Both the position numbers and the translations under genes were made by a program. The notes beneath the pieces were generated by a model, which did not search any database, was not told the origin of the DNA, and saw only the letters and a program-made list of their open reading frames with translations. Source: a virus (taxonomy: Duplodnaviria; Heunggongvirae; Uroviricota; Caudoviricetes). Taken from it: DNA of 5,347 nucleotides. The stretch is taken from the IMG/VR virus record IMGVR_UViG_2778261462_000003; one strand, written 5' to 3'. Shown piece after piece: positions 1 to 5,260 of this stretch (the stretch's first letter is position 1; each line of letters begins with the position of its first letter).

Positions 1-62
1 CTGCGAAATTCAGGCGAATGCTGTTTACGGGGTTTTTTACTGGTTGATACTGTTTTTGTCAT

Positions 63-93
63 GTGAGTCACCTCTGACTGAGAGTTTACTCAC
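63..93. promoter_or_regulatory. Cluster of overlapping dyad symmetries, operator-like, upstream of the first gene
   Basis: GTGAgTCAC palindrome at 63-71; AGTCA-cctc-TGACT at 66-79; GAGT-tt-ACTC at 82-91; GTGAGT (63-68) is the reverse complement of ACTCAC (88-93). Density of symmetry in a non-coding leader suggests repressor or regulator binding sites. No protein partner is identified. Confidence 0.3.
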
Positions 94-111
94 TTAGCCG
101 CGTGTCCACTA

Positions 112-139
112 TTGCTGGGTAAGATCACTTCAGTATGAT
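112..139 (+). promoter_or_regulatory. Candidate sigma70-type promoter for the rightward operon
   Basis: -35-like TTGCTG at 112-117, 16-nt spacer, -10-like TATGAT at 134-139, about 50 nt upstream of the ATG at 192. Hexamer matching by eye only. Confidence 0.2.
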
Positions 140-191
140 CCCAAAGTTTATGATGAATATCGTAAGACGAAGCGGGCGGGGCGGTTGAACA

Positions 192-713
192 ATGAAAATC
201 ACTCCTGAACAGGCTCGTGAGGCTCTGGATGCCTGGATATGTCGACCAGGAATGACACAGGAGCAGGCGACGATATTAATCACTGAAGCATTCTGGGCTT
301 TGAAAGAGCGCCCGAACATCGATGTTCAGCGTGTCACATATGAAGGTGGCGCGATTGATCAGCGAGCGCTTGGCGTTAATCGAGTGAAGATATTTGAACG
401 CTGGAAGGCTATCGACACCAGGGATAAGCGTGAAAAGTTCACGGCGCTAGTGCCTGCAATTATGGAGGCTATCCGGATTAATGATTTCAGGTTGTATCGT
501 GAAATTACTGACGGAAAAAGCATCACGTGCATGATCGCCGGGTTAAACAAAGAATATGGCGATGTGGTGGAGTCCGGACTGCTTTTTGCTGATCCTGCCG
601 TAGTGGATCGTGAAACTGACGAACTTATAGAAAAAGCAATTGCTTTCAAACTTGCGTATCGACAGCAATACCAACAAAAAGCTGGATGGAATTATGAGCC
701 TTCTTTTTGCTGA
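192..713 (+). CDS. Phage early-region protein of unknown function, tentatively YdaT-like
   Basis: 173-aa ORF from the six-frame track, ATG start. Sits immediately upstream of the replication gene and overlaps it by 20 nt. The stretch RWKAIDTRDKREKFTALVPAIMEAI resembles my recollection of the YdaT family found just upstream of replication genes in Rac-like prophages; this is memory, not a computed match. Confidence 0.55.
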   Translation: MKITPEQAREALDAWICRPGMTQEQATILITEAFWALKERPNIDVQRVTYEGGAIDQRALGVNRVKIFERWKAIDTRDKREKFTALVPAIMEAIRINDFRLYREITDGKSITCMIAGLNKEYGDVVESGLLFADPAVVDRETDELIEKAIAFKLAYRQQYQQKAGWNYEPSFC

Positions 714-1659
714 ACGCCCACTGGTTATAAACACGCAGCTGGCAATGAAAATTGGCTTAAACGAAGCCATTGTTTTGCAACAACTGCACTACTGGTTGAG
801 AGATACCAACTCCGGCATGGAATGTGATGGTGTTCGCTGGATTTATAACACAACGGAACAATGGCTGGAACAGTTCCCATTCTGGTCAGAGTCAACGTTA
901 AAGCGCGCGTTTGCAAGTCTGAAAACGCTGGGGCTTTTGCGTTGTGAAAAGCTCAATAAATCAAAGCGCGATATGACCAATTTCTACACGATCAACTATG
1001 GGAGCGAGCTTTTAGATGGTGGCAAATTGAGCGAATCCATCGGTTCAAAATGCGCCGCTCCATCAGGTCAAAATGACACGATGGAAGAGGTCAAAATGAA
1101 ACGCTCCATTGGTTCAAAACGACCCAATGTCATCGGGTCAAAATGGCCTGATGATCTTACAGAGAATACAACAGAGATTACTACAGAGAATAAAAACACT
1201 TTTCGTCCGGAAGCTTCGCAACCGGACCCGCAGACGACTGAACAGGATTTTTTAACCCGGAACTCCGACGCGGTTGTGTTTAGTGCGAAAAAACGCCAGT
1301 GGGGTAGCAGGGAGGATTTGGCGTGTGCGCAGTGGATCTGGGGGCGGATCGTGGGTCTCTACGAACAGGCAGCCAGTGATGATGGCGAGATCATGCGACC
1401 AAAAGAGCCTAACTGGACTGCCTGGGCCAATGACGTGCGCACAATGCGGATGCTGGATGGCAGAAGCCACAGACAAATTTGCGAAATGTTTGGTCGGGTT
1501 CAGCGAGATCCATTCTGGGTAAAAAACATCATGAGCCCGTCAAAGCTCCGCGAAAAATGGGACGAACTGGTCATCCGCCTGGGACGTTCACCTGTACAGC
1601 GTTGTGTTAATCATATTTCTGAACCGGATACAGAAATTCCGCCTGGTTTCAGAGGATAA
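694..1659 (+). CDS. Phage replication initiation protein (lambda O-like replisome organizer)
   Basis: The track ORF is 640-1659; I place the start at the in-frame ATG at 694 (MSLLFAERPLVINTQLAMKIGLNEAIVLQQLHYWL...), which resembles the N-terminus of phage replisome-organizer proteins as I recall them. An iteron array lies inside the gene and encodes the repeated SIGSK / VIGSK linker, the same arrangement as lambda O and ori. Starts at 640 or 745 are not excluded. Confidence 0.75.
   Translation: MSLLFAERPLVINTQLAMKIGLNEAIVLQQLHYWLRDTNSGMECDGVRWIYNTTEQWLEQFPFWSESTLKRAFASLKTLGLLRCEKLNKSKRDMTNFYTINYGSELLDGGKLSESIGSKCAAPSGQNDTMEEVKMKRSIGSKRPNVIGSKWPDDLTENTTEITTENKNTFRPEASQPDPQTTEQDFLTRNSDAVVFSAKKRQWGSREDLACAQWIWGRIVGLYEQAASDDGEIMRPKEPNWTAWANDVRTMRMLDGRSHRQICEMFGRVQRDPFWVKNIMSPSKLREKWDELVIRLGRSPVQRCVNHISEPDTEIPPGFRG
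1036..1145. repeat. Iteron array (probable phage origin of replication) inside the replication gene
   Basis: Five direct repeats, consensus about tCCATCrGkTCAAAAyG: 1036-1052 tccatcggttcaaaatg; 1059-1075 tccatcaggtcaaaatg; 1082-1098 degenerate, core aggtcaaaatg; 1105-1121 tccattggttcaaaacg; 1129-1145 gtcatcgggtcaaaatg. Repeat ends fall at 1052, 1075, 1098, 1121, 1145, i.e. spacing 23, 23, 23, 24 bp. Confidence 0.7.
1159..1189. repeat. Three ACAGAGA direct repeats at 12-bp spacing flanking the iterons (possible unwinding or accessory element of the origin)
   Basis: ACAGAGA at 1159-1165, 1171-1177 and 1183-1189, in a relatively A-rich stretch just downstream of the iterons. Lambda ori has an AT-rich region next to its iterons; the analogy is an inference. 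Confidence 0.35.
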
Positions 1660-1699
1660 GTGTTGATTTCAGGTCATGAGGTAATTTTAAGGGGGACTT

Positions 1700-2122
1700 G
1701 TGGCAAAAGTTTTTACACAAGAAGAGCGGGAAAAAATTAAATGGCAGGTGGTGGAACTCGTGCGCCAGAGCGGCCGTGAGACGTTACGGCAACTGGAAGC
1801 TAAAACAGGTGCGACTAGATATCTGATGAGCGTTCTTGCCAGAGAGCTGGTAGCCAGTGGCGATGTATACAACTCCGGCTACGGGTTATTCCCCTCTGAA
1901 CAGGCGCGTAAGGACTGGCAAAACGCCCGCAAAAAACTCTCGAGGGCAAAGGTGAAGAAACCTGCTGTGGTTGATCCGGACCTTATCTGGTCATCACCTG
2001 ACGGAGAAATACGTCGCTACGACAGTCGCCTAAACATAATCTGTCGCGAGTGCCGGAAGAGCGAAGTTATGCAGCGCATACTGGCTTTCTATCAGGGTAA
2101 TTTTCAGGACGTGGCGCAGTGA
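1700..2122 (+). CDS. Hypothetical phage protein, 140 aa
   Basis: Track ORF with GTG start at 1700, preceded by the purine-rich aagggggac (1688-1696). Its stop TGA (2120-2122) overlaps the GTG start of the next ORF in a GTGA junction, indicating translational coupling. No Walker A motif, so it is not the expected helicase loader. Function unknown. Confidence 0.55.
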   Translation: MAKVFTQEEREKIKWQVVELVRQSGRETLRQLEAKTGATRYLMSVLARELVASGDVYNSGYGLFPSEQARKDWQNARKKLSRAKVKKPAVVDPDLIWSSPDGEIRRYDSRLNIICRECRKSEVMQRILAFYQGNFQDVAQ

Positions 2123-2565
2123 GTGCACCGGCAACCATTCTTGATATGTGCTGTGGCAGCCGCATGTTCTGGTTCGATAAGTCTGACGAACGGGCGATAT
2201 TCAGCGATATCAGAAAAGAAGGATACACATTACGCAATGGGAGACGCTTGATTATCAGCCCTGACATTATCGCAGATTTTCGTGCATTATCATTTGCAGA
2301 CGCATCTTTTTCGATGGTTGTATTAGACCCTCCGCATCTTGAGAGTGTTGGTGATAACGCCTGGATGGGAAAGAAATATGGACGGCTGAATAAAGATGCC
2401 TGGCGTGATGATTCGCGACAGAGATTTAAAGAAGCCTTTCGGGTGTTGAGGCCGCACGGCGTTCTGATTTTTTAATGGAATGAAACGCAAATACCGGTAA
2501 GCCAGATTCTGGCACTGACAGACAGAAAACCTGTTATCTGTCAACGAACAGGGAAAAAACGATAA
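2119..2565 (+). pseudogene. SAM-dependent DNA (adenine) methyltransferase-like gene, disrupted by an in-frame TAA and probably 3'-truncated
   Basis: The 118-aa track ORF (2119-2475) has a glycine-rich LDMCCGSRMFWF segment and DPPH (gac cct ccg cat, about 2326-2337), fitting the (D/N/S)PP(Y/F/W/H) motif IV of amino-methyltransferases. The TAA at 2473-2475 is followed in frame by 29 more sense codons (WNETQIPVSQILALTDRKPVICQRTGKKR) to a TAA at 2563-2565. A single change AAA to TAA would restore ...VLIFKWNETQ. The total is still too short for a complete enzyme. Confidence 0.5.
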
Positions 2566-2714
2566 AACCCACTGGATTATTTTTATGAAAGAGGCATCCA
2601 GTGAGTAGATTCGTAAGGCTACAGATACGTATATCTGAATAATTAAATTCAGTTCTGTAAATAAAATTTAATCCTTAACCGGATGGATTTCTGCACCCTC
2701 AGAACATCAGGAGG

Positions 2715-2730
2715 CCGCCCGAAAGGGCGG
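2715..2730 (+). promoter_or_regulatory. GC-rich hairpin with GAAA tetraloop between a Shine-Dalgarno sequence and a start codon
   Basis: CCGCCC (2715-2720), GAAA (2721-2724), GGGCGG (2725-2730): a perfect 6-bp stem. AGGAGG sits immediately 5' at 2709-2714 and the ATG at 2738, so the linear spacing of 23 nt is too long unless the hairpin folds. Confidence 0.35.
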
Positions 2731-2737
2731 TAGTGAA

Positions 2738-2920
2738 ATGCGAAAGTTCAAAATTATTATTGAAACGGGAATAGCTGGTGGAGATTTTGAGGATGTATTC
2801 GAAGTGGACGATGACGCAACACCTGAGGAAATTCATGACGGAGCATAAGAAATTTTCTTTAACTACTGCAATTACTCATACCACGAAATAAAAGACGATG
2901 AGGAAGAACAAAGTGGCTGA
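2738..2920 (+). pseudogene. Short acidic ORF interrupted by an in-frame TAA (ORF A)
   Basis: ATG at 2738, MRKFKIIIETGIAGGDFEDVFEVDDDATPEEIHDGA, TAA at 2846-2848, then 23 in-frame sense codons (EIFFNYCNYSYHEIKDDEEEQSG) to TGA at 2918-2920. Translated by hand; below the track's length cut-off. No recognised family. Confidence 0.3.
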
Positions 2921-3089
2921 TTTTTGTTCAGCTAAATATAACATCAGTTTTGAAGAGCGGGATGAACTATTAATGGACTATGGTGAGTTACGCGGTGGAA
3001 GTGCTGCTGATGTCGAATCCTAGCGTGATGACTATGAAGCGGGAAAAACTCCGGTCGAAGCATATTGTGATGAGTGGGGCGATGAATGA
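2898..3089 (+). pseudogene. Short ORF interrupted by an in-frame TAG (ORF B), coupled to ORF C
   Basis: ATG at 2898, MRKNKVADFCSAKYNISFEERDELLMDYGELRGGSAADVES, TAG at 3021-3023, then 21 in-frame codons (RDDYEAGKTPVEAYCDEWGDE) to TGA at 3087-3089. That TGA overlaps the ATG of the next ORF (3086-3088) in an ATGA junction. Confidence 0.3.
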
Positions 3090-3373
3090 GCGAGATTAAT
3101 TATCAGGAAGGGCATGAAACGGCGGGGCAAGCAAAACCAGTGGCATGGCGATATCGCTACGTGAAAAAAGGCGTTACGGACTTTCAGGGGAAGTAGTGGT
3201 CTGGTGACTGGAAATATGTACCGAAAAAAGAGGATTGTAACGACAGGCCGAACTATCAAATTCAGGCCTTATTCACTGCCTCACCAGTCCCAGTTACATC
3301 AGAAGAACTGGTTAAAGCTGTGCACTTTTATGAACAACTAAAACGCGAAAATCCACCAACATCCGGCAACTAG
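3086..3373 (+). pseudogene. 95-codon ORF interrupted by an in-frame TAG (ORF C)
   Basis: ATG at 3086, MSEINYQEGHETAGQAKPVAWRYRYVKKGVTDFQGK, TAG at 3194-3196, then 58 in-frame codons (WSGDWKYVPKKEDCNDRPNYQIQALFTASPVPVTSEELVKAVHFYEQLKRENPPTSGN) to TAG at 3371-3373. Looks like a real small phage protein with one nonsense codon. Family not recognised. Confidence 0.35.
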
Positions 3374-3627
3374 ATTAATGGATTAACTATGTCGGTTAAA
3401 CGACCAGCCAACTGAAAAAGCGGAAACCTGATTACAGGTTGCCAGATAAGGCAATGAGCTACCTGGCGCGGAACGGACTGATAAGTATGGGGAATGTTTT
3501 ACGATGAACCTTTAGACTAAAGAGTTTGTAACGCTATGTAAGTGATTTTTTCTGGTTTAGATATTTATATGTCCGGCCAAATTGAGGTGTGTTTAAATGT
3601 AATTGCACATTGATTGTAGGAGGAATA

Positions 3628-3807
3628 ATGAAAAACGCATTGCAGTTTTTGTTTGTTGCGTTCTGGTTGTTCGCATCATGTATGCCCATCATCTTCACAG
3701 CAAGGTATATGGAAAAAGTTGATGTTTTGATATTAATATTTGGATATATAAATGCCCTTTTTTTAGGGGTGTTCATGGCGGTCATGTGCATTGAATACTG
3801 GCGGTAA
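3628..3807 (+). CDS. Small predicted membrane protein, 59 aa, two hydrophobic helices
   Basis: ATG at 3628 is preceded by AGGAGG (3619-3624), a strong Shine-Dalgarno at good spacing; the track ORF 3589-3807 is in the same frame. Product MKNALQFLFVAFWLFASCMPIIFTARYMEKVDVLILIFGYINALFLGVFMAVMCIEYWR has two hydrophobic segments. Upstream 3540-3620 is strongly AT-rich, with TGTAAT at 3598-3603 as a possible -10. Confidence 0.5.
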   Translation: MKNALQFLFVAFWLFASCMPIIFTARYMEKVDVLILIFGYINALFLGVFMAVMCIEYWR

Positions 3808-3908
3808 ATACAGCGAACTCCATTGGTTTAGTTGGATATTTACTGTGCTGGACAAAAACGGTTTGCGGGGAAATCTTAGTTAAGTAGAATGACTGCGGGT
3901 GCTTGAGG

Positions 3909-3944
3909 CTATCTGCCTCGGGCATGGACACCAACGGCAGATAG
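3909..3944. repeat. Perfect 9-bp inverted repeat separated by 18 nt
   Basis: CTATCTGCC (3909-3917) and GGCAGATAG (3936-3944). The left arm overlaps a competing 5-bp stem, GAGGC (3905-3909) with GCCTC (3915-3919), so the two structures are mutually exclusive. Confidence 0.4.
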
Positions 3945-4037
3945 AGAAAAGCCCCAGTTAACATTACGCGTCCTGCAAGACGCTTAACATTAATCTGAGG
4001 CCAATTTCATGCTAGACACATGTAGGTTAGCCTCTTA

Positions 4038-4053
4038 CGTGCCGAAAGGCACG
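4038..4053 (+). other. Second GC-rich hairpin with GAAA tetraloop
   Basis: CGTGCC (4038-4043), GAAA (4044-4047), GGCACG (4048-4053). Same architecture as the hairpin at 2715-2730. Not followed by a T-tract. Confidence 0.3.
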
Positions 4054-4084
4054 GAGAAGCAGGCTATTGTTAACACCAAGCTGT

Positions 4085-4117
4085 AATGTCCCCTTTGAAC
4101 CATTCTAAAATGTCCCC
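4085..4117. repeat. Direct repeat AATGTCCCC (two copies, 24 bp apart) just upstream of the transposase; possible IS terminal or binding site
   Basis: AATGTCCCC at 4085-4093 and 4109-4117. No inverted copy (GGGGACATT) is present in 5261-5347. Confidence 0.3.
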
Positions 4118-4140
4118 AGACAATTCTCTGGGGGATTTTT
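4114..4140 (+). terminator. Terminator-like hairpin that sequesters the transposase ribosome-binding site
   Basis: CCCCAGA (4114-4120), loop caattc, TCTGGGG (4127-4133), then gATTTTT (T-run 4136-4140). The 3' arm contains GGGGGA (4130-4135), the only Shine-Dalgarno-like sequence for the ATG at 4142. Such folding is a known way IS elements block activation by read-through transcripts. Confidence 0.4.
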
Positions 4141-4141
4141 C

Positions 4142-5260
4142 ATGATCAAAGAGACTGTTACGATGAGTCATAAGGAACTCCACCGACTTCAGATTATTCA
4201 GGAACAAGCTGCGGCACGCATTGGCATTTCTATTCGGCAGGTTAAACGTCTGGTGCAACGGTATAGAAATGAAGGGCCTTCTGGTCTGGTTTCCCACCGA
4301 CGTGGAAAGCGTCCTAATAATTCCTTTTCTACTGAATTCAGAGCAACAGTAATTTCACTCCTCAAAGGCCGTTACGCTGATTTTGGACCTACGTTTGCGT
4401 GCGAAAAATTGCGCGAGATACACGGTTTATCTTTATCCGTTGAAACTCTCAGAAAGTGGATGATAGAAGAGGGGTTATGGCGTGAACGCCGTCGTAAAAT
4501 TGCCCGTATATATCAACGCCGCATGCGACGACCATCTTACGGTGAACTGATCCAGATTGATGGCTCACCTCATGACTGGTTTGAAAATCGAGGCCCCAGA
4601 TGTACACTGATCGTTTTCATTGATGATGCCACCAGTGCGTTGATGGCGTTGCGTTTTGTGCCTGCTGAAACAACCCGGGCTTACATGGAAACCCTCCGGG
4701 GTTACCTTAATGATCATGTCGTACCGCTCGCTCTCTACTCTGATAGACACAGTATATTCAGGGTAAATAACCCAGAGCGGGAAGGTGAGCTGACCCAGTT
4801 CACTCGTGCGATAAAGACACTGGGCATCGAGCCAATCCATGCCAACAGCCCGCAGGCAAAAGGGCGGGTAGAGCGCGCCAATCAGACACTACAGGACAGG
4901 CTGGTCAAAGAAATGCGGCTTCAGAATATCAGTGATATTGAAACAGCAAATGCATGGTTGCCGACCTTTATTGAAGCCTATAACAACCGGTTCGCTACGT
5001 CGCCTCGTACTACTGATAATGCTCATCTTGATGTGCACCATTCTGAAGAGGAACTGGGTTATATCTTCAGCCTACAGGCGAAGCGCGTTCTGTCTAAAAA
5101 TCTCACTTTCCAGTACAAAAGCAGTGCGTTTCAGGTACGCAGTGAGGGCCGGGGATATCGACTTAGGCATTCGGTTGTTACTGTATGCGAGAACTTTGAC
5201 GGTGAAATTAACGTTCTGTATGAACCGCCCCGGGTTTCCTGGAGAGTGTTTTATCTGTGA
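4142..5260 (+). CDS. DDE transposase with integrase-core (rve-like) catalytic domain, IS481/ISNCY-like
   Basis: 372-aa track ORF. N-terminal helix-turn-helix-like region (GISIRQVKRLVQRYRNEGPSGLVSHRRGKRPNN), then the catalytic triad in its usual contexts: IQIDGSPHDW, LALYSDRHSIF and KGRVERANQTLQDRL. Family assignment is from memory of ISNCY/IS481-type N-termini (MS.KEL.RL.IIQ...GLV..RGK.SN). The stop at 5258-5260 may be premature if homologs are longer. Confidence 0.75.
   Translation: MIKETVTMSHKELHRLQIIQEQAAARIGISIRQVKRLVQRYRNEGPSGLVSHRRGKRPNNSFSTEFRATVISLLKGRYADFGPTFACEKLREIHGLSLSVETLRKWMIEEGLWRERRRKIARIYQRRMRRPSYGELIQIDGSPHDWFENRGPRCTLIVFIDDATSALMALRFVPAETTRAYMETLRGYLNDHVVPLALYSDRHSIFRVNNPEREGELTQFTRAIKTLGIEPIHANSPQAKGRVERANQTLQDRLVKEMRLQNISDIETANAWLPTFIEAYNNRFATSPRTTDNAHLDVHHSEEELGYIFSLQAKRVLSKNLTFQYKSSAFQVRSEGRGYRLRHSVVTVCENFDGEINVLYEPPRVSWRVFYL

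Noticed and set aside
28-45. G-tract followed by T-run (cggggtttttt) as an intrinsic terminator
   Set aside because: No complementary upstream arm is visible in the window. It could be the 3' half of a terminator whose 5' arm lies upstream of position 1, but that cannot be supported here.
125-916. Minus-strand track ORFs 125-319, 359-649, 543-770 and 725-916
   Set aside because: Each lies antisense to and mostly inside a better-supported plus-strand gene with a coherent operon layout. No ribosome-binding sites or recognisable motifs. Likely chance open frames.
1036-1145. Regularly spaced direct repeats as a possible CRISPR array
   Set aside because: Repeats are about 17 bp with only about 6-bp gaps, lie inside a protein-coding gene and encode a peptide repeat. 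This is an iteron origin, not a CRISPR array.
1252-1522. Track ORFs 1252-1476 (minus) and 1274-1522 (plus, alternative frame) inside the replication gene
   Set aside because: Embedded in the C-terminal domain of the 694-1659 gene; glycine/arginine-rich translations typical of off-frame reads of GC-rich coding sequence.
1687-2544. Minus-strand track ORFs 1687-1872, 2067-2267 and 2323-2544
   Set aside because: Antisense to the 140-aa gene and the methyltransferase remnant; no independent support.
3374-3530. Short open frames after ORF C (for example MSVKRPAN at 3389-3415 and a 34-codon frame ending near 3507)
   Set aside because: Multiple stops in every frame and no start or ribosome-binding context. 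Most likely further decayed remnants.
3032-3964. Minus-strand track ORFs 3032-3259, 3534-3791 and 3782-3964
   Set aside because: 3032-3259 is antisense to ORF C; 3534-3791 is antisense to the membrane-protein gene and its AT-rich promoter region; 3782-3964 runs through the hairpin-rich region. None has a plausible start context.
4070-4840. Minus-strand track ORFs 4070-4297 and 4565-4840
   Set aside because: Antisense to the transposase gene, which has clear catalytic motifs on the plus strand.
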